Part shown: positions 1 through 10,846 of the stretch, one piece after another
Numbering within the stretch: position 1 is the first letter of the stretch
Layout of the letters: the number at the start of each line of letters is the position of its first letter
Assembly (NCBI GenBank): GCA_963786955.1
Contig: CAWBAT010000003.1
Location: forward strand, 192,001 to 256,000
Origin: an uncultured Acidimicrobiia bacterium
GTDB lineage: Bacteria; Acidobacteriota; Terriglobia; Versatilivoradales; Versatilivoraceae
Direction: 5' to 3'
DNA: 64,000 nucleotides
Position numbers and translations under genes: made by a program
Notes under the pieces: model-generated
Seen by the model: the letters and a program-made list of their open reading frames with translations, nothing else
Told to the model about the DNA's origin: nothing
Database searches by the model: none

Positions 1-549
1 GATACAAGTTTGAACTCCTCGAATGCCAGTCCTGCCATAATGATCCGCATGGTGGAGAGTTTGCGGCGCGCGTCGAGAAGGTTTCTTTAAATGGTGGGAA
101 GGACGATTGCCTCAGCTGCCACAACCTCAAGACCTGGAAAGACGTCGTGAAATTTGACCATGCGGAAACAAAGTTTCCTCTCTTCGGAGCTCATCGCGTG
201 GTGGCATGCGCGGATTGTCATCGGCCGGACAACCTGGGGAGGGGTGTCCAGAATATTCGCTTCCGCATGGCCCCGAAAGACTGTGGTGGCTGCCATGAAA
301 ACATTCATGGTGACCAGTTCAAGGTCGACGGCCACAGCCCGGATTGCTCTAGTTGCCATGACGTTTCGAAATGGAAGCCTTCTAAGTTTGATCATGAGAA
401 AAAGGGCGCGTTTCTCCCTGGCTGGTGCGCACCAGTCTGTCCCTTGCCGTCTTTGCCACAAGTCGAAAATTGAAATTGAGGGGCGCGCCATGCTGATCTA
501 TCGCCAGGCGCCAAAACAGTGCTCAGCTTGTCATGCAGACAAAACTTAA
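1..549 (+). CDS. Multiheme cytochrome c, C-terminal part (5' end outside window; one frameshift near 405)
   Basis: Frame 3 from the window start reads CQSCH, CLSCH, CADCH, CGGCH, CSSCH; the shifted frame adds CRLCH, CSACH before the stop at 547-549. FDH...FPLxGAH repeat motifs match the next gene. Confidence 0.9.
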
Positions 550-896
550 ACAGTGGACTAGCGAAGGAGCAATCGATTCATGGTTTCGTTGAGAGTCGGC
601 ACGATGCCGCATTCGCACTGGCTGCCTCTGTGAAGCAATCAGCCGAGCACCGCAGATGGGTACAATGTAAAAATGGCCGCAAGATTGTAAAAAATCCTCG
701 GAATCTTCAAATCACCGTGACTTCAATGTGCAAATGATTTTCGGGAAATTCATGTTTTCTTGCTTCCTCGGATTTTCTCGATACATCTACTCCCGCTCAA
801 CTTTCACCCACCTTGCACCACTTCCGTTTCTATTCCCTAATTTGAGCCGTTGTTGAATTCCCAACCCCAACCAACTAAGACGGGCCTTTCTGAGTA

Positions 897-914
897 TTGG
901 CCAATGAGTTGCAA
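897..914 (+). promoter_or_regulatory. Putative sigma54 (-24/-12) promoter upstream of the giant cytochrome
   Basis: TTGGCCAATGAGTTGCAA has exact GG-N10-GC spacing and a TTGCA -12 element, ~140 bp upstream of the gene in an AT-rich intergenic region. Confidence 0.5.
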
Positions 915-1050
915 TCAATATGATTTGGTCTTTAGCGCACAACCATTCGCAAACTTTTGAAATACAAATTGAAACAAGCTGGAAAACTCTGTACTAACGA
1001 GAGTCTTCTTTACTCTGCAGGCATGAAAGAGCAGATTCTTTCGCTTACAA

Positions 1051-4000
1051 TTGACAGGCTTCAGTGGACAGCGCGTGAAACACGGGAAGCGCCGCGTGCG
1101 GCTGGCTCATCGCTCGAAGGTCGCTAGGGCCAGTTCAATTTTTTCACGGGCTGCGTTGGTACTGCTCTTTCCTTTGTCTTTCGTTTCTCCTCATGTTCTC
1201 AGCAGGGCTATGCAGCCGACAAACGAAATCCTCACGGCTCGTTACAGCTAGTTTGTGAGAGTTGCCACACGACCATAAGTTGGAGGCCAATCCGGAGCAA
1301 ACTAGAGTTCGATCATAACCATGATACCCGTTATCCTTTGCGTGGGTTACATGAAGGAGTGTCTTGTACCAGTTGTCATCGCAGTCTGATATTTAACAAT
1401 GTCGGGACAAAATGTGCTGACTGTCATGCGGATATTCATCGAAGACAATTTGGTCCTCGTTGTGAAGATTGTCATACCGTGCAAGGTTGGAAAGTTAATG
1501 TCCAATCGGTACGGAATCACCTCAACCGTTTCCCCTTGCTTGGGGCACATGCCGCCATCGACTGTGATTCCTGTCATCCAAAGGCTGCCACGAGGAGTCT
1601 ACATTGGTCTCAGCATGGATTGTGTGTCCTGTCATCTCAAAGACTATCAGGGAGCAACCTCTCCAAATCATGCCAGCGCTAATTTCCCACTCACCTGTCA
1701 GACCTGCCACGGAGTTGATCGATGGCAAGGTGCGAAATTTAACCATGCTCAGGTAACCGGATTTGCGTTGGTTGGAGCGCATGCTCAGTTGGAATGCAGT
1801 TCTTGTCACAAAGGACAGCAGTTTAAAGGAACTCCGCGAGATTGTTTTGGATGTCATGCGCAAGACTATAACCGAACAACGAATCCCAACCATGTGGCTG
1901 CCAATTTCCCGAAGGACTGTGCCATTTGTCATGACTCAGAGCATTGGCAAGGAGTCCGATTTGACCATAGCCAGACCGGGTTTGCACTGACGGGGGCGCA
2001 TGTCACGGCGCGATGCGATACCTGCCACCAAGCTGGGCGGTATAAAGGAACTCCAAGAGAATGTTTCAGTTGTCACGTCGCGAAATACGAGGGAACCCAA
2101 AACCCGGATCACCGAAAGGCAAACATCTCGACTCAGTGCGATAGTTGCCACACAACGTCCAATTGGCAGGGGGCCAAGTTTGACCATACATTGACTAAAT
2201 TTGCCCTCACCGGGGCTCATGTCTCAGTCAATTGCACTCAATGCCATGTGAAGGCCAGTTTTCGGGAACCCCCACGGACTGTTTCCTGCCTTATAGCTGC
2301 CATCAGTCAGCTTACAACTAAACCACTAACCCGAACCATCAGAAGGCAGGTTTTTCTCAGAACTGCACGGTCTGTCATACGACTCAGCAGTGGAAAGGCG
2401 CAAAGTTTGACCATAACAACACCAAATTTGCCCTTACCGGGGCTCATAGCTCAGTCGGTTGTGCCCAATGTCATGTGGGAGGGCGGTATGCCGGAACTCC
2501 GACCGATTGCGTCTCCTGTCATTTAAAGGATTTTGATGGAACAACATCACCCAATCACACGGACTGCTAATTTCCCGCGAGATTGCACGGTTTGCCACAC
2601 CACTCAACAATGGAAGGGGGCAAAGTTTGACCATACCAAGACCCGCTTCCCGCTAACTGGCGCCCACATCACCACGAGCTGTGCGCAATGTCACATCAAT
2701 GGAAAGTATACTGGGACGAGCACACAATGCATTGCTTGTCATCAGACTGATTACAATGGGGCAAAGAACCCCAATCACCTTACGGCAGGCTTTCCCGAAG
2801 GATTGCATCGTTTGCCACACCATCACCGGCTGGAAAGGCGCTCGCTTTGATCATAATTCCACGCGCTTTCCGCTGACCGGCTCACATACCAGTGTAAGCT
2901 GTGACAAGTGTCACGTCGGTGGGCAATATGCGGGGACGACGATGCAGTGCGTCGGGCTGTCACAAGGCGGACTACAATGGAACCACAAACCCCAATCATG
3001 TTGCTGCAGGTTTCCCGCAGGACTGCACGGTCTGTCACAACACCGTTCAATGGAAAGGCGCCCACTTTGATCATAATGGCGCGACGAAATTTCCGTTGAC
3101 CGGTGCTCACATTTCTGTCAACTGCAGTCAATGTCACCTGAACAACCGGTTTGCCGGAACGCCATCTGACTGCATCGCCTGCCATCTGGCGGATTATAAT
3201 CGGAACCACGAACCCCAATCACAAAGCAGCAGGATTTCCGCAGACTTGCACGCACTTGCCATACGACGGCGCAATGGAAGGGAGCTCGTTTTGATCACTC
3301 GACGGCCACGCACTTTCCACTTACAGGAGCCCATGTCAACGTTGCTTGTACCCAATGCCATGCCAACAACCGATTTGCCGGAACACCTACGGATTGTGCC
3401 TCCTGTCATTTGAGTGCTTATAACGGAACCACAAATCCCAACCATGTGGCTGCGGGATTCCCTAAAGATTGTTCTTTGTGCCATACGACGACGGCCTGGC
3501 CGGGAGCCAAGTTTGATCATTCGCAAACCAAGTTCCCACTGACGGGCGCTCACGTATCGCTTACTTGCAGCAATTGTCATAGCAGTGGAAAGTACGCCGG
3601 GTTGGGCACGTCCTGTGTCACTTGCCATTTGAAGGAATACAACGCCACGACCAATCCCAATCACGCTGCCGCTGGTTTTCCGCAGGATTGTCAAACCTGC
3701 CACAGCACCACCCAGTGGAAAGGCGCTGATTTTTGATCATAGCAAGACCCGCTTCCCATTGACCGGTGCCCACAGAACCGTCACCTTGTGTGAGTTGTCA
3801 TATCGGTGGACGATACGCGGGAACGCCCATGGATTGCTACAGTTGCCATCGAACTGTATATGAAACCGTGAGCAATCCGAACCATCTTTCCGCCGGCTTC
3901 CCCAAGACCTGCGAGACTTGCCACACGACGACGACTTGGACGGGCGCAACCTTCAACCACAAATTCCCAATTTATTCAGGGACACACAGAGGGAAATGGA

Positions 4001-4168
4001 CCACTTGTAACGATTGCCACACCAATCCGGCGAATTATTCGTTGTTCAGCTGTATCAAATTGTCATACCCACGATAAGACCCCCATGGATCAGAAACATT
4101 CGGGCGTTCGAAACTATGTTTATAACAGTGTGAACTGCTATGCCTGCCATCCAACAGGGAGCAATTAA
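1051..4168 (+). CDS. Giant multiheme cytochrome c (~40 CxxCH) made of tandem ~75-aa triheme repeats; multiple frameshifts
   Basis: Joining ORFs 1051, 1338, 1399, 2533, 2681, 2901, 3410, 3766 and the intervening frames gives a basic plus hydrophobic N-terminus, then repeats FDH-x4-FPLTGAH-x4-CxxCH-x11-CxxCH-x9-PNH-x8-CxxCH, ending CYACHPTGSN* (TAA 4166-4168). Start codon uncertain. Confidence 0.9.
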
Positions 4169-5841
4169 ATGTTGAGAACGATCACCGTTTATTTTGTGCT
4201 CTTCTGCCTTTCTTTTCAGGCCCTTTCTGCCGCTCCGCAGAACGAGGAAAAACAACTCTCTTTTAGGGTCAAATATGTGGCGGCCGATGCCATCTATCTG
4301 GATTCAGGTCTCGAGGCGGGTCTTAAGGAAGGGATGGATTGACCGTCAAGCGGCTCTTGCCCGGAGAGCCGACCATGGCAGCCAAGGTCGTTGGCGAAAT
4401 TGTGGTGACCTCGCTGGCAAGAAGCTCAGCGGTGTGCTCGATTGAATCGTCACAGCTCCCCTTTCAGACGGGGGACATGGCTTTCCTGTCTCAACAAGAT
4501 GCCGAAGCCGTGCACGCCCAGAGCGCTGCGGCAGGCCGAAAATATGCTCAAGTCGTGACGTTTACAGAAGGGGATCCACTGGATGAAGAGATGCGGGAAA
4601 TGGTTCCCCATCCACCGCTTCCCGAAGTGAACCGTATTCGTGGAAGGATTGGTTTCGAAAACAGCAGCATTTGGGATCGCGGAAGCGGGGGGGGCCATTC
4701 TCTTCAGACAGGGCTCGTCGTTAGAGCGGACATGACGAGGATCGGGGGAACCTATTGGAACTTCACTGGCTATTGGCGGGGTCGCATCAACTCCCGTAAT
4801 ACCGGGCCGCAACAGCAAACCCTCACTGACTTGCTCAACCGGACTTATCAGATTGGGCTGCAATACGCCAATCCCCAATCCCGGCTCGTCGCCGGAATCG
4901 GTCGGCTCTATATCCCTTGGGCCAGCAGCTTAAGCACAATTGACGGAGGCTATTTTGGAGCCAGGTTGGGTAAGAATGCCACTGTCGGGTTTTTTGGCGG
5001 TTCTACGCCGGATCCCACAGCTTGGAATTACAACCCGGACCGGCAAATCGCTGGAACCTTCGTCAATTTCGAAGGGGGATCGTATGAACACGTTCGCTAT
5101 ACCAGTACGACTGGTATCGCTTTGACTCGGGTGCAATTCAGGCCGGAACGTGAGTATGCTTTTTTTGAAAACGCGCTGTTCTTCAAGAAATACATCTCAA
5201 TCTATAACAATCTGGAAGTAGACAAATTGACTTTGGGACGCTTTGGGAGCCTCGAGAGCGGGCCTGCGGTGAGCCGAAGTTTCCTGACCGTCCGATATCA
5301 GCCTCACCGGAGAATCGCCTTCGACGTGAATCAAAATTATTTCCGGAACATTCCTACATTCGATACCCGGCTAATTGGGATTGGGCTTCTCGACCGCTAC
5401 CTGTTCCAAGGGTTAAGCGGCGGGGTTCGACTGGAATTACCGTATCGGGTTACGCTCTACACAAGTCTGGGAAGAAGCAAACGCGATTCGGATTTCAAGC
5501 CATCCTTAAACCAGATGTATGGCGTTACATTCAACAGGGTATGGCGCACCGGAATCCGCGCCGATTTTCGTTATTCGCAATTCGATAGTTCCTTTGGAAA
5601 GGGATCTTATTCGGCGATCTCATTTTCCCGAGAAGTGACTGACAAGCTGCGTATAGAGTTGCAAGGGGGAAAGCAAACTCTCGCTTCACCCTTCACTCAA
5701 CAGAGCGATACCTTGTGGATGAACGGTTCATTTGACTATTTTCTAGGGACCCATTACTTCCTGGGTGCCGGTTACATGATTTATCGAGGGCAGGTACAGG
5801 ATTACGACCAATCGTACATTAACTTAGGATATCGATTCTAG
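4169..5841 (+). CDS. Outer-membrane beta-barrel protein (candidate cytochrome-associated porin); frameshift near 4337
   Basis: ATG directly after the cytochrome stop; signal peptide MLRTITVYFVLFCLSFQALSA; alternating amphipathic aromatic/Gly strands; C-terminal SYINLGYRF BAM-type signature. Confidence 0.85.
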
Positions 5842-5894
5842 AGTGAGGTGAATTCCGGTGCTGTTCGGATCAATGTCACAACTCCTATCGGGAG

Positions 5895-6040
5895 AGGGAA
5901 GGTGTGAAGAAATTCCGCCGGGTCGGGGGACCCGGCCTATAACACGGTGGCAGGCGGTTTGGAAGGTTGCAGGCTTGGGGCTTTATCAAAGCCCCAACCT
6001 CACGCGGCGTTTTCCAATTATTTCACACCCTCAGGGGGAC
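5895..6040. repeat. REP-like palindrome cluster inside the cytochrome operon
   Basis: Hairpins GCCGGGTC-GGGG-GACCCGGC (5917-5936) and TTGGGGCTTT-ATC-AAAGCCCCAA, bracketed by inverted GGTGTGAAGAAATT / AATTATTTCACACC. Confidence 0.65.
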
Positions 6041-6124
6041 GCTCAGAGAGCGCCATCGAAATCAATTCTTTCATGCCTTGAGGATTTTGGGGCTGAGGAG
6101 CAGACCGTTTATTCAAGACTTCTG

Positions 6125-6940
6125 ATGATTTTAAGAATGCCATTAGGTTTTGCCGGATGGGGATACTTCTGTTTCATTTCGCTAATCTTTTCCCTCCAAC
6201 TTAAGGTCTCTGCCTCAGAATTTTCTTTGGACACAGTTCTGGATAGGACCGGAAAACGCGTCGAGAAGCTACTGGATCGGTTTTCCGAGGTCACTTGCAC
6301 CGAGGTCGTGTCGCAAACGAAGCTTGGCCCAAGCGGAAAAGTAGCCTCGCAAACAAAAGTGACCTTCGATACATTAATCATCCTGCAGATGACGGACGAT
6401 GATATCAGTATCGAGGAGTCGAGATTGGAGCAAGGGAAACCAATCAAAGGGAAGAATACGGAAAAATCCTTGCTTGTGACCAACGGATTCTCAGTATTCT
6501 TGATGGTCTTTCATCCCTCTTTCAGAAGCAGTTTTGAATTCGAATTGGGAGACACGAATGATTTGGGTGGGCAGCGAATGCAGATCGTCCATTTTCAGCA
6601 AGTTCGTGGAAAACGGTCTCCCTCGGCTCTCCAATTGAGGGGACGCGACTACCCACTTGAGTGGGAAGGGGAAGCCTGGGTTGATCCCCGCACCGGCTAT
6701 GTTGCCCGAATGACGGCAACACTAAAGACAAGCTTGGAAGATGTAGGGCTCAAAAGCCTGAGCAGTGAAGTCGTTTATCAACCGGTGACATTTGTGGGGG
6801 CCGGGGAGACCCAATGGTTACCGTCAGTTGCCATGATCGAGGCTGTGTCGTTAAAGCAACACTGGAGGAACACACATCAATTTTCAAATTACCGTCTCTT
6901 TTCAGTCAACACGAGCACTAAGACTGAGGATCCGCAATGA
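6125..6940 (+). CDS. Hypothetical secreted beta-rich protein
   Basis: ORF 5858-6940; the upstream part translates REP sequence, so the likely start is ATG 6125 or 6137 followed by a signal-like segment. Stop overlaps the next ATG (ATGA). Confidence 0.7.
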   Translation: MILRMPLGFAGWGYFCFISLIFSLQLKVSASEFSLDTVLDRTGKRVEKLLDRFSEVTCTEVVSQTKLGPSGKVASQTKVTFDTLIILQMTDDDISIEESRLEQGKPIKGKNTEKSLLVTNGFSVFLMVFHPSFRSSFEFELGDTNDLGGQRMQIVHFQQVRGKRSPSALQLRGRDYPLEWEGEAWVDPRTGYVARMTATLKTSLEDVGLKSLSSEVVYQPVTFVGAGETQWLPSVAMIEAVSLKQHWRNTHQFSNYRLFSVNTSTKTEDPQ

Positions 6941-7888
6941 AAGAAAGAATGACTTTGGCGCAACCCGTGCGTCTTTTGTCTATCCCTCTAGTGGGGCCCA
7001 ATCTCCGTCATCGAGCTTGTCTCGGAGCAGCCTGGCTGGTGGCTGGGATTCTCATCGTGAGCTTGGCGATCCACGGTTACACCTACTATAAGCTCCCGCT
7101 GCCCAAAGAGTCTTTTCTCCCTTTCATGCATCCTTGAAACCGAGTGGAAGCATCGGACTCCGACTTGGAATATTGGGTACTGTTCTTTTCGGATTTCTCT
7201 ATTTATACCTCATCCGAAAACGCTGGGGTTGGCTGGGCAGGATTGGAAAAACAAGACATTGGCTCGACTTTCACGTACTTTTCGGTACTACCGCGCCAAT
7301 TATCATCACGTTTCATTCCTCCTTTAAACTTCACGGGCTGGCAGGGGTGGCTTACTGGATCATGATGGCAGTGATGATCAGCGGTATCGTTGGTCGATAT
7401 CTCTACGCCATGGTCCCGAGGAGTTTAAGTTCCATGGAAATGTCGTTAAAGAAATGGAAGAAATCATTGCGCTCCAGTCCCGGCAGTTAGGACATCAGGC
7501 ACTCGTCGGGACGCAGGAATTGGAACCCCTATTCCAGGTACCGTCTGCGGATGAGGCCCGGCGCATGTCACTTTATCGAGCGCTGTTAACCCTGGTATGG
7601 CTGGATTTGGCGCGGCCCTTTCAAGTCAGCCGGTTGCGACGGCAGTCCATCTCTCCCTTCACGAAGTTCATCACCCTTGGAGGACTTTTCCCTTCCAGGG
7701 ATGAAGTCCTGGAGACGATTGTCTCAACGGCCAAACGACAGTCCTTGCTGCTCACACGGATACTGTTCCTCGACAGGATTCACCAGGTATTTCATCTCTG
7801 GCATATCGTGCACCGGCCGTTCAGTTATTCTTTTGCAGCGCTTGTCGTTGTCCATATTGGGGTCGCCTTGTGGCTCGGGTATTTTTAG
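6937..7888 (+). CDS. Polytopic inner-membrane protein with conserved His (cytochrome b/ferric-reductase-like); two frameshifts
   Basis: ORFs 6937-7137, 7134-7490 and 7454-7888 join into one protein with TM helices and motifs WLDFHV, ITFHSSFK, HLWHIVHRPF, VVHIG. Confidence 0.7.
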
Positions 7889-7906
7889 TGAACGGATAAA
7901 AAACAA

Positions 7907-8530
7907 ATGAAAAAAAGTATGACGAAGACGCGGCACTCCATACTACTCCTCAGTATTATCCTGGTGACCGGTGCTCTCATCTATTTCACGTTGCCCAGAA
8001 AATCGACTTCACTATCCAAGGTGACGAAAGTAAATCCTGTTGCGGCCCCGGAGATGCAGAAGGAGCATGCCGATAAAGGTGAAAAGTCCCATGAATTAAG
8101 AACCCTGGAGGCGCAACTCCAACAGAAACCGGATCATACTCCAATTCTGTTGCGGCAGGCCGAGATCTATCGCGAAATGGGAAAGCCCACAGAATCGGCG
8201 AAGCTTCTAAAGCAAATTGTTGCCAATGAACCGAACAATTCTCAGGCACAATTAGAGCTAGGCCGAGTTCTCTATGATTCCGGGGACATTCAGGGAGCCA
8301 TCGCAGCGACGAATACGATCCTGAAAAATGATCCCAAAAATACAGATGCCCTCTATAACCTCGGGGCGATTTATGGGAATCTGAATAACGAAAAACTGGC
8401 CCAAGAGTATTGGAACCGTACCATTACCGCTGACCCTTATTCCGCAAGTGCTGATCTTGCCCGTCAAGCGCTGACCCGCATGAGTCACTCGGCGGGTGAA
8501 ACTAGTCAGACCGCGAAAATTTCGAAATAA
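7907..8530 (+). CDS. Membrane-anchored TPR protein
   Basis: N-terminal TM helix, then TPR motifs (AQLELGRVLY, ALYNLGAIY). Confidence 0.85.
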   Translation: MKKSMTKTRHSILLLSIILVTGALIYFTLPRKSTSLSKVTKVNPVAAPEMQKEHADKGEKSHELRTLEAQLQQKPDHTPILLRQAEIYREMGKPTESAKLLKQIVANEPNNSQAQLELGRVLYDSGDIQGAIAATNTILKNDPKNTDALYNLGAIYGNLNNEKLAQEYWNRTITADPYSASADLARQALTRMSHSAGETSQTAKISK

Positions 8531-8735
8531 TTGAAAGTCCGGGCTTTTGCCAGGCTTGGCTAATGTTTTTCTCGAATCTTTTGTGACTCAATTATTTTTA
8601 GTTTGTCTTTTCGAATGTTGCTGGCAGGACGGGGGCAATGGGCTCTAGTCTAAAATGGTAATGGAGCAAGCTAAATTTGGTTCAGACCGTTCCGCGTCAA
8701 GGACCGCACGTGGATTGTACGGTCAACTCGCCATT

Positions 8736-9143
8736 TTAGGGGGGAGACTTTGTCTTCTTGCTGAGCACATGGGCTTCACGAACAAATCGAGCCATGGACT
8801 TTGAAAGATGTCCCAGCACGATAATCCATTCTTCGAAATGACGTTCCCCATTGGATGTCAACTTATAAAGACGTCTCGCCGGACCACTCCCACCCACATT
8901 CCATACCGAGACAACATTGCCATTCTTTTCCAATTGCCGGAGCGTTCGGTAGAGAGCGGCCACTTCGATTTCCGCATCGGTCAAGGCATGCGCCTTTAGT
9001 TCGTTGGCTAAATCATAGCCATAGGATTGGCCCTTCGTCTTCAAGAGAAAGAGCACAACAGGCTCAACAAATCGATACAGATTGCCCATCGCACAACTGC
9101 AGGGATATTCTCGACCGTGACGTAAGCAGATCTTTCGAGCCAT
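8736..9143 (-). CDS. PadR-family winged-helix transcriptional regulator with Cys/His N-terminal extension
   Basis: SYGYDL...ALYRTLRQLEKNGNV...GPARRLYKLTSNG PadR signature; N-terminus CLRHGREYPCSC. Confidence 0.85.
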   Translation of the reverse strand: MARKICLRHGREYPCSCAMGNLYRFVEPVVLFLLKTKGQSYGYDLANELKAHALTDAEIEVAALYRTLRQLEKNGNVVSVWNVGGSGPARRLYKLTSNGERHFEEWIIVLGHLSKSMARFVREAHVLSKKTKSPP

Positions 9144-9242
9144 AGATTTGAGGGTCCCTATATATTGTTCACCAAAGTTTTTTTTCGGACCGGAGCGGAC
9201 TAAAAAATCTGTTGCATGATACTAACAGATTTGTCAATATAG

Positions 9243-9255
9243 ATGCAAGTTGCAT
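9243..9255. promoter_or_regulatory. Candidate operator palindrome between the divergent PadR and secreted-protein genes
   Basis: ATGCAA-G-TTGCAT perfect inverted repeat, with an extra TTGCAT half-site near 9212. Confidence 0.4.
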
Positions 9256-9325
9256 ATAGTTTGTCCGGACCACTCTTACGAGCCGCTCCGGGATATTCAA
9301 AGAAATAAAAGAAAGGAGTCGAGCC

Positions 9326-9814
9326 ATGAAAATCATTGCCAAGCTTGGTCTCATCTTACTTCTCTGGTTCTTAAATCTTACCCCAGTCTCGGCACACTGC
9401 TGGGGCCACCATGGGGATTGCTGCCGTTCCGGGAACGACATGGGAACCTGTGCGGATTGTACTTGGAGATACACCCCGCCTTGTCAGAACGGCCATTTTG
9501 TGGCTCAAGGGTCGGTGCAGAATCTCGAAACAATAAAGGGAAAGGTTGCTGAGGTGAACTACTTGCCTGGCGCCGGCGCCAGTAGTGCGATGGTTGAGAT
9601 TCAATTGCAGGGTGATGCCCCAACAACCCCGGTTCGTCTGGGACCGACTGGCTTTCTCAGTCGAAACGGACTGGGCCTTAAAGAGGGAGACGTGGTTCAG
9701 GTTCGCGGTTATCGCGTGAGTGCCAATGAGGTTGAATTCCTTGTCGCGACCGAGATTGAGAAGAATGGCAAAAACCTGGTCTTGCGAAACGAGCGAGGTC
9801 GGCCTGCTTGGTGA
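9326..9814 (+). CDS. Secreted protein, MamS/MamX-like C-terminal beta domain, Cys/His-rich N-terminus
   Basis: RBS AAGGAG, signal peptide, HCWGHHGDCC...CADC; C-terminus VRLGPTGFL...GDVVQVRG...LRNERGRPAW. Confidence 0.7.
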   Translation: MKIIAKLGLILLLWFLNLTPVSAHCWGHHGDCCRSGNDMGTCADCTWRYTPPCQNGHFVAQGSVQNLETIKGKVAEVNYLPGAGASSAMVEIQLQGDAPTTPVRLGPTGFLSRNGLGLKEGDVVQVRGYRVSANEVEFLVATEIEKNGKNLVLRNERGRPAW

Positions 9815-9963
9815 GGTGGCAGGTACCACGCTAAAACAGGCAACTTGGCGGTATTATTTGCTGGCCGAAAGTGCTCGTCGCATCCTCCCGTTTGCGATGG
9901 AGTGGTTAAGTCAAGACGCTCGACCAGCGCGGGGTAGGATCGAGAGAGTAAAGGGGGTTCTTC

Positions 9964-10407
9964 ATGACACACAAGACGCTGTGGGCGACGGTGTGTAGCG
10001 TTGCCTTGGCGGCGATGGTCTCCATGCCGACGCTCGCGCAACAAGGGGTGGGAGGGAGAAAGGGCTCGCCGCACTACAACCCGAAGACGGAAGTGACATT
10101 CAAAGGCACGGTCCAGGAAGTCAAGGAGTATCCGAGTCAGGGAGGCGGCTCGCGTACTGGCCTGCACGTGATCCTTAAGACGGATAACGGCAGTTTTGAC
10201 GTTCACGTCGGCCCGACCGATTACTGGAAGAAGAATGGATTCGAACTGACCAAGGGGGACTCGATCCAGGTGATTGGCTCGAAGATCAAAGTGGATGACG
10301 CAGAGTTCATTATCGCACGCGAGGTTAAGAAGGGCGACAAGGCCGTTACGCTACGCAACGCCGAGGGGGTTCCCGCCTGGTCCGGTGGACGACGGTCTCC
10401 TCCTTAG
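9964..10407 (+). CDS. Secreted protein, paralog of the previous gene (MamS/MamX-like domain)
   Basis: Signal peptide; YNPKTEVTFKGTV...VHVGPTDYW...GDSIQVIGS...LRNAEGVPAW. Confidence 0.75.
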   Translation: MTHKTLWATVCSVALAAMVSMPTLAQQGVGGRKGSPHYNPKTEVTFKGTVQEVKEYPSQGGGSRTGLHVILKTDNGSFDVHVGPTDYWKKNGFELTKGDSIQVIGSKIKVDDAEFIIAREVKKGDKAVTLRNAEGVPAWSGGRRSPP

Positions 10408-10846
10408 AGCGAAAACCACACTCCCGAACCCGCTGCTCGGCGCACGCTCTTGCATGCGCCGCGGAGCCGCAAACCGTTATTTAATCTCATATAACAGCAC
10501 TGCGTCTCTTGTGAAACAAGACTCTCAGGATATTCCTGCCGGATCCGAAGACAGATCTGATGAGCGGTATGCCGCTGTCTGTGAAGTGCTTTCTGGTCCC
10601 CTTCCAAAATTTCGTCGATTAATCCTTTCACTAGCTGCAGCCTCGGACTCTTCTGCCTAACCACTTTCCGCCCCGGCGAAGCACGTTACAGGTCGTGACC
10701 GAAAAGGCGGACTGGCGTGGCGTCATAAAGAAATGGTAAGGTACTTCCTTCTTGCGGAGCAGTGAGCGGCGTATCCCAATGGGCGTGGGGTGGTGCTGCA
10801 GCACGGCCGTTCTGCCCGGGGCCGGTCAAGTGGAGTGAAAGCAATC

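Noticed and set aside
9326-10407. Magnetosome gene island
   Set aside because: No mamA/B/E/K/M/P-like genes nearby; the resemblance is limited to one small domain.
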